DNA of 64,000 nt from an uncultured bacterium. GTDB lineage: Bacteria > Krumholzibacteriota > Krumholzibacteriia > WVZY01. The position numbers and the translations under genes were made by a program. The notes beneath the pieces were generated by a model. That model ran no database searches. It was not told where the DNA came from and saw only the letters and a program-made list of their open reading frames with translations. Location: contig CAZZKJ010000005.1 in NCBI GenBank assembly GCA_964654695.1, positions 3,404 through 67,403 on the forward strand. Reading direction: 5' to 3'. Below, piece by piece: positions 48,215 through 58,480 of the stretch; within the stretch, counting starts at the first letter, position 1, and the number at the start of each line of letters is the position of its first letter.

Positions 48215-49378
48215 ATGACCGACAATCATCTGCTGCTGCCGGTACTGGGGCTGTTGGGTTTGGCAGGTATCCTGATATTCAGCCTTATTATTCGAAGGCG
48301 GATGCGCCGTCCCTCCTCATCAAACCCATACATGGAAGCTTTAAAGCTGCTCACAGCAGGCGAAAAGGATGGAGCTTTTAAGCAGCTCGAAAAAGCCGTA
48401 AGGCAGGGAGGTGCCCCTCCGGATGCGTATCTTAGGTTGGGACGGCTGCTCCGGGAGAGGGGTTTCACCGGCAAAGCGCTGCAGATGCATAAGAGCCTGA
48501 CCGTAAATACAGCTCTCTCGCAAAGGGAAAAAGCTGATCTGATCCTTGATTTGGCCGAAGATTATGAGCGCATGGGCAAACCCGATAAGGCCATAAGGGT
48601 ATTGGAATCCGCCTCAAACCTTGGAGATACGAAATCTACGGATATATTATTTACTCTCGGCCGGCTGTATAATAAAGCGAATGAATCAGAGAAGGCCTAT
48701 GAAGTTATGAAGGACCTGAAGAAAAAAGGAGTTTTGGATGACGGAAGGCTCGCGCTGTTTCTTACAACCCAAGCCGAAAGATATATACAGGAAGGCAATG
48801 CAAAAGAAGCCTCAAAACTGCTTGGCCGGGCTTTAAAACACGACGACGGCTGCACCGCCGCTCTGGTCTATTCCGGTGATTTGGAATTTGCCTCAGGGAA
48901 CATAGACAATGCGATGCAAAAGTGGAAAAAAGCAGCTCTTACTGCTAAAGATGCCGCATTATACGCTCTCGATAAGCTGGAGCGCACTCTTTTTGAAAGG
49001 GGGAAATTCAGCGATATTGAACGAATATATCGGGAAATTATCGATAAACGCGCCGATGATGAAAATGCCACGCTGTCTTTGGCCCGTTTTTACGTAAAGC
49101 AGGGTAAGCACGATGAAGCCTTGGAGCTTTTAAAGGAATATTCGACTTGGCATCCAAAATCCATTAAATCTCTTCTCCTGCTCTTTTCAATTCTTGCAAA
49201 AAAAGCAGACGTGGATGCGATCGAGCGCTTGGTAAAAGACTCTCTTTCGCGTTTCTCGACTGAGCATACATATAAATGCACGATCTGCGGTTTTCATTCA
49301 GATACAATTAGGCAGCATTGCCCTATTTGCAATTCGTTCTATACTTTTTCCTCATCCCATGACAGCGAAGCTCTGTAA
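48215..49378 (+). CDS. lapB: LapB/YciM-like LPS-assembly regulator: N-terminal TM anchor, TPR repeats, and a C-terminal rubredoxin-like zinc finger
   Basis: TM anchor MTDNHLLLPVLGLLGLAGILIFSLII, TPR repeats, and a C-terminal YKCTICGFHSDTIRQHCPICNSF (CxxC...CxxC). Confidence 0.75.
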   Translation: MTDNHLLLPVLGLLGLAGILIFSLIIRRRMRRPSSSNPYMEALKLLTAGEKDGAFKQLEKAVRQGGAPPDAYLRLGRLLRERGFTGKALQMHKSLTVNTALSQREKADLILDLAEDYERMGKPDKAIRVLESASNLGDTKSTDILFTLGRLYNKANESEKAYEVMKDLKKKGVLDDGRLALFLTTQAERYIQEGNAKEASKLLGRALKHDDGCTAALVYSGDLEFASGNIDNAMQKWKKAALTAKDAALYALDKLERTLFERGKFSDIERIYREIIDKRADDENATLSLARFYVKQGKHDEALELLKEYSTWHPKSIKSLLLLFSILAKKADVDAIERLVKDSLSRFSTEHTYKCTICGFHSDTIRQHCPICNSFYTFSSSHDSEAL

Positions 49379-50366
49379 TACTGCATTAACCTTATTTATT
49401 ATTCTTGCTCTTTCAAGCAGCGCCCTTGCTTCATCTTTGAAAGATGCAAGGGAATTCATTTCAAACCTTCAGTTCGATCGGGCAAAAGAAACTCTAATCG
49501 ATATAGCGGTAAACTCAAAAGGGGAGGAGAAACAAAGAGCCCTGCTGCTTCTCGCTTCTCTCAAGCGTTCTTCAGATGAAGCTGAAATCTTGTACAAGGA
49601 AATCCTCGATATAGATCAATCAAGCGCAGCAGCAGGCAGCGCCCTGCTTGAAATAGCGAAAATACGCTTTGCAAGTGGAAAATATAACGAAGCTCTGGAT
49701 ATCCTTCGCAATAATCCGCAGTCGGCAAGCTCCCGTGAATACTTGTACTTTGAGGGCCTTGCGGCTTTGATGTCCAGGGATTTCAGCACTGCTAAAAATA
49801 CTTTATTATCTATAAGAAAGGGGAAATATGCTCCGTGGGCTAATCTTGCCCTCGCAGAAATCGCCGTAGAGGAAAATAACAAGGAGGAGGCATGCGGACG
49901 TTATCAGGCTCTTGCCAACGCCATGATTAATCCTGTTGCGATGTACAAGTTCGGCGAGTGTCTCGAGGGTCGGGGCAATATAGACCGGGCGGAAAAACAG
50001 TTCAATGAAATCATTCGCAATTTCGAATCAACTCCTGAAGCCGTTCTTGCGTCGGAAAAGCTGAAAGCTCTTTCAAAACGCAATCTCGTTTTAAATGACA
50101 TCTCCCACTATAAAGGCACGGATCGACTGCCTTCGGGTTTTACAATCCAATTCGGTTCTTTCCGCGACAGGAGGAACGCCATCAAGCTTGCAGAAGAACT
50201 GAAACAAAAACTTCCCGGCGTTAGAATTGATACGGACCTCGTTAACTACCGCGAGCTTCACCGCGTTCGCTACGGTTATTTCGAATCGCGCAGCGACGCT
50301 GCTGCGGAAACAGATAAAATCAAGAATAGACTGCATTTAGAACCTACGATCATGAAGATGCCCTAG
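49359..50366 (+). CDS. TPR protein with a C-terminal SPOR (septal peptidoglycan-binding) domain
   Basis: Signal/anchor peptide and TPR-like helices. C-terminal FTIQFGSFRDRRNAIKLAEELKQKLPGVRIDTD...YRVRYGYFESRSDA is a SPOR fold signature. The start overlaps the lapB 3' end by 20 nt. Confidence 0.7.
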   Translation: MTAKLCNTALTLFIILALSSSALASSLKDAREFISNLQFDRAKETLIDIAVNSKGEEKQRALLLLASLKRSSDEAEILYKEILDIDQSSAAAGSALLEIAKIRFASGKYNEALDILRNNPQSASSREYLYFEGLAALMSRDFSTAKNTLLSIRKGKYAPWANLALAEIAVEENNKEEACGRYQALANAMINPVAMYKFGECLEGRGNIDRAEKQFNEIIRNFESTPEAVLASEKLKALSKRNLVLNDISHYKGTDRLPSGFTIQFGSFRDRRNAIKLAEELKQKLPGVRIDTDLVNYRELHRVRYGYFESRSDAAAETDKIKNRLHLEPTIMKMP

Positions 50367-50368
50367 AA

Positions 50369-52993
50369 ATGAACCGCAACATCACGCCTTTAATGGCTCA
50401 GTACAAAGAAATTAAGAATAGCTACTCCGATTGCGTGCTGCTTTTCAGGGTTGGCGATTTCTATGAGACATTTTATGAAGACGCAGTTGAGGTATCGGAA
50501 ATACTAAACATCGCCCTGACTACTCGTGATAAGAAGAAAGACAACCCGGTGCCGCTTGCCGGCGTTCCCTTTCATGCCGCTGAGAATTACATAAGCCGGC
50601 TTTTATCCGCAGGCAAGAAAGTAGCCGTGTGCGAACAAGTGGAAGATCCCTCCTTATCCAAGGGCCTTGTAAAAAGAGAAGTAGTGGAAGTCATTACTCC
50701 GGGAACCGCAATGAATCCGCAGTTATTGAGCGACAGCGAAAATAATTATTGCCTGGCGGTGTGCGTTAAAGATGATTTTGCAGCCGCATCTTTAATAGAT
50801 GTGAGCACAGGAGATTTTCACTGCGGTTCGGGTCCGGTTAAAAACCTTCATTATCTGCTGCAGGGCATTAAGGTAACGGAAGTGATATGCAATGATTTCA
50901 AGGAAGTGCTGAACCCGCTGTTCGATGCGTTGGGAAGCCCATTCCAAAACAGCGACAAAGGCGCATATTTCACATCGGAGATCGCCCTTGAAGCGCTTCG
51001 AAAGCAGTTTCAGGGGACGGACTGCGAATACATTTCGGAATTGGATGAGATTGAAGGCCTGGCCGCAGGCGCGCTTCTCCATCATTGCCGAAGCATGAAA
51101 GGGGACGATTTGCCGCAGGTGGTCGAAATCAAAAGATTCGAGCCCGCAGCCCGCATGGCCCTTGATGAAGAGACAATAGCCAATCTTGAACTCTTCAAGC
51201 CTCTTAGAGGCAATTCCACCGATGCCACGCTTATTAAAATCATAGACCACACCAAGACGCCTATGGGAGCCAGGAAACTCCGGGCATGGCTGCAGCGTCC
51301 ACTGGCTGATAAGAAGAAGATAGAGGCCCGTCTGGAAGCCGTGTCTGAACTGCATGAGAACCCCTTGGTCTTGGAAGCTCTCAGTTTGAGTTTAAAAAGA
51401 ATCTCGGATGTGGAGCGTTTGGCATCCAGGATAGCCGCTAAAAAGGCCGTCCCGCGGGAACTCATTGCACTCAAAGAGTCCATCGAGAGAATTCCTTTGG
51501 TAAAACGCGCACTTGATGGGCGCAAAGCCCCCCTGCTAATTGAGCAGGCCGGTATGGTATCCGCCCACGAGACCCTTGCCGAGATTATCGACAAGGCGAT
51601 TGTTCTCGATCCACCCGGACATTTGCGCAACGGCGGAGTGATAAAAAAAGGATTCGCAGACTCTCTCGATGACCTGATAGACAAGAGCGAGGGCGCCAAG
51701 AAATGGATAGCCGGTCTGCAAGCACGCGAACGAGGTCGAACCGGAATTTCCGGACTCAGGGTGGGGTACAACCGGGTATTTGGATATTATATTGAAGTCT
51801 CCAAACTGAATTCGGCATCAGTTCCTGACGATTACATAGCAAAGCAAACACTCGTCGGCTCACAGCGCTATTATACCCAGGAGCTTAAAGACCGTGAGCA
51901 GTTGATTCTTGAAATTGAAGAAAGAAGAATTGAATGTGAGCAGGAGGTTTTTAACCGCTTGTGCGCTGAAATAGCATCGAACCTGCCTGTTCTACAACGC
52001 ACCTGCGGCGCTTTGGCGGTTATCGATTCGATTCAGTCATTGACTGCGGCGGCAATAAAATTCGGGTATGAAAGGCCAATTATAGATGATTCCAGAATCC
52101 TTGAAATCGTCTCCGGCCGCCATCCGGTTCTCGAACAAAACGTAAAAACTGCGTTTGTTCCCAACGATCTGTACTTGAATCCCGAAACCAGGCAGTTTGC
52201 GCTTTTGACAGGACCCAATATGTCAGGGAAAAGCACCTTTCTGCGTCAGTCGGCTTTGATAACCATAATGGCTCATATGGGATCATTCGTTCCTGCCGAC
52301 AGAGCGACAATCGGTATAGTTGACAAGATCTTTACGCGTGTAGGCGCCAGCGACCGTCTCAGCAAAGGGCAGTCTACCTTTCTTGTAGAAATGGATGAAA
52401 CCGCCCATATACTCGATAATATGACCGACAGTAGCCTGCTGCTCCTGGATGAAATTGGCAGGGGTACGAGCACTTTTGATGGTTTGAGCATAGCTTGGGC
52501 GGTAACCGAATATGTACTTCAGGGTATAAAAGCTCTGCCGAAAACACTTTTTGCAACACATTTTCATGAGTTGACCCAACTTAAAAACTCTTATCCAAAA
52601 CTGGTCAATCTAAAAATTACTATCAGGGAATGGGAGAACGGCATAATCTTTTTGCGAAAGATACTTCCAGGGACCAGCGAACGGAGTTTCGGTATACACG
52701 CCGCGCGCGTAGCCGGGCTGCCGGAAATTATCCTGGAGCGGGCGCAGGAAATCCTGGATTCATTGGAAACCCGAAGAGATCTGCTCTCCGATTCGGTCAG
52801 CATCATCAATAAGAATATGGGTCAATATAAATTATTTGGCAATTCCATTATAAATGAAGTAGATAGCGATCATTCATCAAGTAATACTTTACAGGCACTC
52901 AAAGAATATCTCGACCAATTTGATATTAACGACATTACTCCTCTGCATGCCCTGCAGATTCTCAAGACTTTAAAGGACATGCTGCCCCGTTAG
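50369..52993 (+). CDS. mutS: DNA mismatch repair protein MutS
   Basis: N-terminal mismatch-binding MAQYKEIK...GDFYE(T)F and Walker A GPNMSGKSTFLRQ. Confidence 0.95.
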   Translation: MNRNITPLMAQYKEIKNSYSDCVLLFRVGDFYETFYEDAVEVSEILNIALTTRDKKKDNPVPLAGVPFHAAENYISRLLSAGKKVAVCEQVEDPSLSKGLVKREVVEVITPGTAMNPQLLSDSENNYCLAVCVKDDFAAASLIDVSTGDFHCGSGPVKNLHYLLQGIKVTEVICNDFKEVLNPLFDALGSPFQNSDKGAYFTSEIALEALRKQFQGTDCEYISELDEIEGLAAGALLHHCRSMKGDDLPQVVEIKRFEPAARMALDEETIANLELFKPLRGNSTDATLIKIIDHTKTPMGARKLRAWLQRPLADKKKIEARLEAVSELHENPLVLEALSLSLKRISDVERLASRIAAKKAVPRELIALKESIERIPLVKRALDGRKAPLLIEQAGMVSAHETLAEIIDKAIVLDPPGHLRNGGVIKKGFADSLDDLIDKSEGAKKWIAGLQARERGRTGISGLRVGYNRVFGYYIEVSKLNSASVPDDYIAKQTLVGSQRYYTQELKDREQLILEIEERRIECEQEVFNRLCAEIASNLPVLQRTCGALAVIDSIQSLTAAAIKFGYERPIIDDSRILEIVSGRHPVLEQNVKTAFVPNDLYLNPETRQFALLTGPNMSGKSTFLRQSALITIMAHMGSFVPADRATIGIVDKIFTRVGASDRLSKGQSTFLVEMDETAHILDNMTDSSLLLLDEIGRGTSTFDGLSIAWAVTEYVLQGIKALPKTLFATHFHELTQLKNSYPKLVNLKITIREWENGIIFLRKILPGTSERSFGIHAARVAGLPEIILERAQEILDSLETRRDLLSDSVSIINKNMGQYKLFGNSIINEVDSDHSSSNTLQALKEYLDQFDINDITPLHALQILKTLKDMLPR

Positions 52994-53094
52994 CCCCGTC
53001 AAATTCGCCCGTTTTCCCCTGCTGGTCCATAATTTGCTAAAATATGAATGGGGATTATGCCTATTTATGTCCTGACGGAGCGAGAGTGTTATAA

Positions 53095-55392
53095 ATGGCT
53101 AAAAATTCAGGCGTTACATGTGCTATCCTCGGTGGCCGTGAAAAGGATCTGCAGATTCTGAGTGAGTTGCAGCGCCGGGATAATGTGCGCATTTCATTCA
53201 TCTATGAAAGCATACCGAATGCTATAGGTCTTGAAATCGCGGAGATTCTTGGAATAACGCGTTTTAGCAGTCCTCCGCAAGCATTTCCCGAAGATTTGGA
53301 TTTCATCATCGTATCCGAACCAAGGGAGCGTTTTAATGACATCCTCAAGCTGTTGAGCAAATCACCAGCTAAAATAATATCCTCTCAAGAAGCTTTGAAC
53401 TCGATTTGCCGGGATGAGCCGCGCGAATCTGTCGAAACCGAAGCAGCCCACGGAGATATCTATGCCATCGAGGACGCCCTGGGCGCTCTCGAAAAGATCT
53501 TCAATAAGAAAGAACTCCTCAAATTTCTTCTCGACATTGCGGTGCGCGCGGCAAAGGCATCCACCGGATCGATCATGCTTTATTCTCCGGACACATGCGA
53601 TCTTTATATCGGTTATGCTATAGGCTTGAGTGAGAAGGTAATAAAGAAAACGCGGCAAAAACTCGGCGAAGGCATCGCGGGCTCTGTCGCCAGGCAAAAG
53701 AGGGCTAAATTAATTACACTTGCACCGGATGATGTCCTCTATGAGGGCGATCGCGAAAGAGTTGATATCGGCACCTCGATTTCCGTTCCTCTCTTATGGG
53801 AAACGCGGCTTTTGGGCGTTTTAAATGTTTCTACGGCCCGAAGCGAGCGCGAACTCGATAAAAGCGATTTCGAGAATCTCAAGCGGATCTCGAGGCGCAT
53901 TTCTAGAGTCCTTTTCGAGTCTTTAAAAGTCCAGGAAACTCGAATAAACACCCACGCGCGAAACCTTGGAAATACCGTTGGAAAATTATTGGAAAAGACC
54001 GCTTCTTTCGAAGAAAAATTTTCCCTGCTTGCCGATTATTTGGGGGAAATACTGGGAATGAAGACGGTGGAGATATATCTCAATACTCATGAGGGAGATT
54101 GGTTTCTCCTGGGAGGCTCCAACAGCCGGCAGCCTCAAGGGTATGAAAAAGTACACAGCAGGAACGGTCTTCTATCAAAATGTTTCCTGGACCAGAGGCC
54201 GATCATTCTAACCGAAAAAACGGATAATGCTGATATCTCGAACGAGATATCGTCATTGATATACCATCCTTTAACCATCACGCAGCCCATTGGCGTCCTG
54301 ATAGCCGAATTTGACGAAAATTATAAGCAGCAGGAATTTCTCATGGTAAAAGATTCCGTATGTATCGAATTAGCGAGTTTTATATCATCAGAAGTAAGAG
54401 CCCGAAAGATGAAAAGAGAACTCGAGACAATGAGCATGGTTTCCGATTCAGTTCCGTCGCTTTTAACATGTAGAACTTCTGAAGAACTCGCCGAATGCCT
54501 GGCAAAGATTCTTGCGGACACGCTTGAATGCCTCCGCGTATCGGTTAAGCTCGGACGATCTTCCGACACGAGCGAATCTGTCACGAGTATCTTTGAAAAA
54601 GAAGACGTGCCTGGCATTGATTGGCAAATCGAAGACGAAAAGATATTCTCAAAACTTGCTTCTCAAAAAGAGGCTTTTTCCAAAGCAGTCCTTGCATTTG
54701 ATATTAAGATTCACCAGCGGCGGGAACCGTTTTCATCGCTGTTGGGCGTTCCCATAATGAGAAACAATGAACTTTTCGGAGGGATTATCGCATATGATAA
54801 ACGTCCTTCGGACCCCATGCAAGAAGGAGTGTTTTCGGATTTCGACCGGACAACAATAAACCATGTTCTGTCGCTTGCAGTGCCGGTTCTTGAGGCCGTT
54901 AGAAGCGAAGAACCTCTTCAGCTCGAAAAAGCGGAGTCTTCTTATGAAACCGTTCTCGAAGATAACATGTCGCGCGCCATTCGGGTATGCCAACGGGAAA
55001 TCCAAAGATCAGACAGGTACCATCATTCATTCTCCGTACTTATGTTCAAAGTCCCTTCAATTTCGGAAATGTTCGGCGATGATTATTCACATGCCCTTGA
55101 ATTGATCGAAGAGATGACCAGAGGGATTCGCACACGGACCAGAAAAACAGATTATCTCTCATGGATTGCCAAGGACAGATTCGTGCTGATATCTCTTGAG
55201 GGAACAAAAAGGATCAGATTTCTCATATCCCGCATCAAAGTCTACCTGGAGAAAGATCTGAGCTCGGCCGGCCTGGATGAGGTCAAAGGTTCAGCTCTAT
55301 CCATTGGATTGGCATCATATCCCGGAAAATCGCGAAGCGCGAAAGAGCTTTTCGTCGAAGCCGAAACCGCTTTCGATCCTGACTATGAATGA
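53095..55392 (+). CDS. Multi-GAF-domain signalling protein with a degenerate, probably inactive, C-terminal GGDEF domain
   Basis: About three GAF-like modules (e.g. LLDIAVRAAKASTGSIMLY...GEGIAGSVARQKRAKLI). The C-terminal GGDEF-fold has AKDRF (nt 55168-55182) in place of the GG[DE]EF signature. Confidence 0.7.
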   Translation: MAKNSGVTCAILGGREKDLQILSELQRRDNVRISFIYESIPNAIGLEIAEILGITRFSSPPQAFPEDLDFIIVSEPRERFNDILKLLSKSPAKIISSQEALNSICRDEPRESVETEAAHGDIYAIEDALGALEKIFNKKELLKFLLDIAVRAAKASTGSIMLYSPDTCDLYIGYAIGLSEKVIKKTRQKLGEGIAGSVARQKRAKLITLAPDDVLYEGDRERVDIGTSISVPLLWETRLLGVLNVSTARSERELDKSDFENLKRISRRISRVLFESLKVQETRINTHARNLGNTVGKLLEKTASFEEKFSLLADYLGEILGMKTVEIYLNTHEGDWFLLGGSNSRQPQGYEKVHSRNGLLSKCFLDQRPIILTEKTDNADISNEISSLIYHPLTITQPIGVLIAEFDENYKQQEFLMVKDSVCIELASFISSEVRARKMKRELETMSMVSDSVPSLLTCRTSEELAECLAKILADTLECLRVSVKLGRSSDTSESVTSIFEKEDVPGIDWQIEDEKIFSKLASQKEAFSKAVLAFDIKIHQRREPFSSLLGVPIMRNNELFGGIIAYDKRPSDPMQEGVFSDFDRTTINHVLSLAVPVLEAVRSEEPLQLEKAESSYETVLEDNMSRAIRVCQREIQRSDRYHHSFSVLMFKVPSISEMFGDDYSHALELIEEMTRGIRTRTRKTDYLSWIAKDRFVLISLEGTKRIRFLISRIKVYLEKDLSSAGLDEVKGSALSIGLASYPGKSRSAKELFVEAETAFDPDYE

Positions 55393-55504
55393 TAGTTTTC
55401 AACAGAAAAATTCCTCGTATTTGTCATTTCAACCCCCGCCTCGTTGCCAAATAAACATCTTCATGATATTGTACATTTAAGTAAACCAATTCATCGGGGG
55501 TAAA

Positions 55505-57358
55505 ATGGGCAAAATAAAGTGCCTGCCTGAGCAGATATCCCGCCAGATAGCGGCCGGAGAAGTTGTCGAAAGGCCGGCTTCAGTCATTAAGGAACTCATA
55601 GAGAATTCTTTGGATGCGGGCGCAAACGTATTGAAAATCAGTATAGCCGACGGCGGAATCGGCGCAATGGAAGTCTCCGACAACGGCACCGGGATGGCAC
55701 AGGACGATCTTCGGCTGTCATACAGAAACTTTTCCACAAGCAAGATTTCCTCTCCCGAGGATTTGTTCCGCATAAGTACTTATGGATTCAGGGGAGAAGC
55801 ACTGGCCAGTGTTTCTTCTGTGTCTAAAATGACTATAACCAGCAGTTCGAATAACAACGGCGAAGGTTGGAGCATTAATGCTGTAAAAGCCGCGAATCCG
55901 CAGATTGTTCCAGCCCCTCATGAGCGGGGAACTACGGTCAAAGTAGAGAATCTGTTCTACAATACTCCTGCGAGACGAAAATTCCTTAGATCCAATGCGG
56001 CCGAAAAAAAGAAGATATTCGATACGATTTTGACTTACGCGATGCTGTGCCCGGATATAGAATTTCATTACAAGGACGATGGCAGGCACGTACTCGATAT
56101 TTTGCCTGCGGATAATTGGAAAGCGAGAATTTCGGCGGTTATCGGCTCAACTTCAATGAAGCACATGGTCGCGCTGGAATCCGGAGATTCTAATATCAGA
56201 ATAGAGGGATATACAAGCCTCCCCGCGCTTACTCGGGCAAACAGAAGCAATCAATTCTGCTACATCAACGGGCGCATGGTCAGAGAAAAAACCATCATGC
56301 ATGCTTTGAATGAGGCTTATCGTAGAATTAACCCTCCGAAACGTTTTCCGATAACGGTTCTTAAAATACAAATGCCTTCAGGAGAAGTGGATGTAAATGT
56401 CCATCCCAGCAAATTGGAAGTCAGGCTCCATAATCCCGGCCTTGTGCATTCGGCTGTTACAAAATCTGTCCGCGCCGCATTATCCTCGAATTCGGAAAGC
56501 TCTTTCGATGTAAGTTACGATCATGAAGCCAAACATCACTCAACCCCTGGAAAGGATAATCTTGATATTTCCACACCTGAGCTTTTCAGCGGCCCGAACG
56601 CGAACGATGCCGGAGAATCCAGACCCGATGACAATATAATTTCTATCCAATCCCGGATTAAAAACGTTTACGTGGATTTCATGACCAAACAGCTTCCGCC
56701 CAAGAATGTTTCATCACAGCTTTCTCTAAGATCCGATCAATCAATTGAAGGAACAGCTCTTGACGTTGGAGAACTAAAAAATAAGCATCTTGCGGAAACC
56801 GGGCTCTTTTGGCAGTTCAACAAGAGTTTTATTTTCATTCAAGTCCACGGGGGATTGGTTATAATCGATCAGCACGCCGCACATGAGCGTATAATCTTTG
56901 ATACAAGCAGACAAAACATTGAAAAATCCATATCAGTATCGCAGCAGATTCTCTTTCCAATACATCTCGAATTATCCTTGAGTGAACTGGATGTTTTCCG
57001 CTCTTCTCGGGGCATTTTTGAAAGACTTGGTTTTGTGATTGAGCCTTTTGGCGGCAAAAGCATTCTCGTACGCGGATATCCTCAGGGATTAAAGAACTGG
57101 GAGGAAGGCAGGTTGCTCATCCAGATTTTCGATGACATAGTTCATAACCGAGTGCCTGGCAAAGATCACGGCGACAGCATACTCGCCAGCTTCGCTTGCA
57201 GGAGCGCTGTGAAAGCAGGACAAAAGCTCAGCAGCGCTGAAATGCGCCTGTTGGCTGATCAACTTTTCGCTGTCGATCATCCATACTCATGCCCTCATGG
57301 AAGACCCACTATTCAGAGAATATCTTTGAAGCAGGTCGAGAACTGGTTTCAACGCTGA
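55505..57358 (+). CDS. mutL: DNA mismatch repair protein MutL
   Basis: GHKL ATPase N-terminus (IAAGEVVERPASVIKELIENSLDAGA) and a C-terminal dimerisation domain. Confidence 0.95.
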   Translation: MGKIKCLPEQISRQIAAGEVVERPASVIKELIENSLDAGANVLKISIADGGIGAMEVSDNGTGMAQDDLRLSYRNFSTSKISSPEDLFRISTYGFRGEALASVSSVSKMTITSSSNNNGEGWSINAVKAANPQIVPAPHERGTTVKVENLFYNTPARRKFLRSNAAEKKKIFDTILTYAMLCPDIEFHYKDDGRHVLDILPADNWKARISAVIGSTSMKHMVALESGDSNIRIEGYTSLPALTRANRSNQFCYINGRMVREKTIMHALNEAYRRINPPKRFPITVLKIQMPSGEVDVNVHPSKLEVRLHNPGLVHSAVTKSVRAALSSNSESSFDVSYDHEAKHHSTPGKDNLDISTPELFSGPNANDAGESRPDDNIISIQSRIKNVYVDFMTKQLPPKNVSSQLSLRSDQSIEGTALDVGELKNKHLAETGLFWQFNKSFIFIQVHGGLVIIDQHAAHERIIFDTSRQNIEKSISVSQQILFPIHLELSLSELDVFRSSRGIFERLGFVIEPFGGKSILVRGYPQGLKNWEEGRLLIQIFDDIVHNRVPGKDHGDSILASFACRSAVKAGQKLSSAEMRLLADQLFAVDHPYSCPHGRPTIQRISLKQVENWFQR

Positions 57359-57387
57359 ATTATAGGGTCCCTCCGGATTGAAGCAAT

Positions 57388-58344
57388 ATGAAAAACACGA
57401 ATAACCGCGGTCTATCTTTACCTGCAAGCATTGCCGTAATGGGCGCCACTTGTACGAGAAAATCTCATCTGGCGGTGGTTTTGGCCGAGGCCTTCAACGG
57501 AGAAATCATATCGATGGATTCCAGGCAGGTTTACCGCGGCATGGATATCGGCACCGCCAAGGCTTCAAAGGATCAGCGAGGCGGCATAGTACATCATCTG
57601 CTGGATATTCTCGACCCCGATCAGGAGGGGAACGCAGGCACTCATGCCGTGCTCGCGTGCGAAGTCATGGAGCAAATTCTGAATGCCTCCCGCGTGCCAA
57701 TTCTGGCGGGAGGCACCGGTTTCTATTTTCGCGCATTGTTCGAGGGGCTGATAGAAATAAACATCTCCACAGAACGCCTTGCTGTTGAACGGAATGAATT
57801 GAACAAAAGGTCTATCGAGGGTCTCTACCAACAGCTTCAGTTAGTCGATCCGGCACGGGCACGGGAGGTGTCACCAAACGATCGGGTCCGGATAACCCGC
57901 GCGCTGGAAGTTTTCAACATCACAGATAAACCGATTTCCGAGCATTTTAAAAACACAGAACCCTGCACGAGTCGACGCCCCTTGAAAATCATCCTTACCA
58001 TGCCTCGATTCGATCTGCGCAATCGGATTGCAAAACGCTGTCGGGAGATGTTTCAAGCAGGGTGGATCGATGAAGTTAAAATGCTTTTATCTTCCGGATA
58101 TTCTTCCAGCTCGCCTGGGATGAACAGTCTTGGATACAGGGAAATTTGCATAGCTCTTGAGACGGGGCGAGATCCTCGAACCGAAATAGACAGGATAATC
58201 GATCTGACCCGCCAGTATGCCAAGAGACAGGAAACATTCTTTAGAAAAGAACAGAATGCAGTTCGTTTTGACGCTACTTCCGGCGAATTTCCGGAAAACG
58301 TGATTACTTATGCAGCGCGCTTCTTCACTTTAAATACAACTTGA
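57388..58344 (+). CDS. miaA: tRNA dimethylallyltransferase
   Basis: Aligns with E. coli MiaA (SMDSRQVYRGMDIGTAK). The P-loop is unusual: GATCTRKS instead of GPTASGKT. The mutL-miaA adjacency matches E. coli. Confidence 0.85.
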   Translation: MKNTNNRGLSLPASIAVMGATCTRKSHLAVVLAEAFNGEIISMDSRQVYRGMDIGTAKASKDQRGGIVHHLLDILDPDQEGNAGTHAVLACEVMEQILNASRVPILAGGTGFYFRALFEGLIEINISTERLAVERNELNKRSIEGLYQQLQLVDPARAREVSPNDRVRITRALEVFNITDKPISEHFKNTEPCTSRRPLKIILTMPRFDLRNRIAKRCREMFQAGWIDEVKMLLSSGYSSSSPGMNSLGYREICIALETGRDPRTEIDRIIDLTRQYAKRQETFFRKEQNAVRFDATSGEFPENVITYAARFFTLNTT

Positions 58345-58386
58345 CATAATCAATCTAACATGATAACAGACTTAATGTTAATAAGA

Positions 58387-58462
58387 GCGGGCATAACTCA
58401 GTTGGTAGAGTATCAGCTTCCCAAGCTGAGGGTCGCGGGTTCGAATCCCGTTGCCCGCTCCA
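58387..58462 (+). tRNA. tRNA-Gly (anticodon CCC), with an encoded 3' CCA
   Basis: Folded by hand. Acceptor stem GCGGGCA/TGCCCGC; D-arm ACTC-AGTTGGTA-GAGT; anticodon stem TCAGC/GCTGA with loop TTCCCAA; T-arm GCGGG-TTCGAAT-CCCGT; discriminator T followed by CCA. Confidence 0.85.
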
Positions 58463-58480
58463 TTTTGGAAATCTACTACC

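Noticed and set aside
51082-51771. 229-aa minus-strand ORF inside mutS
   Set aside because: Antisense to mutS, with Arg/Ser-rich composition typical of reverse-frame translation.
58352-58376. Inverted repeat TAACAT-(13 nt)-ATGTTA between miaA and tRNA-Gly
   Set aside because: The stem is short and fully A/T with a long loop and no T-tract, so it is not a convincing terminator or regulatory hairpin.
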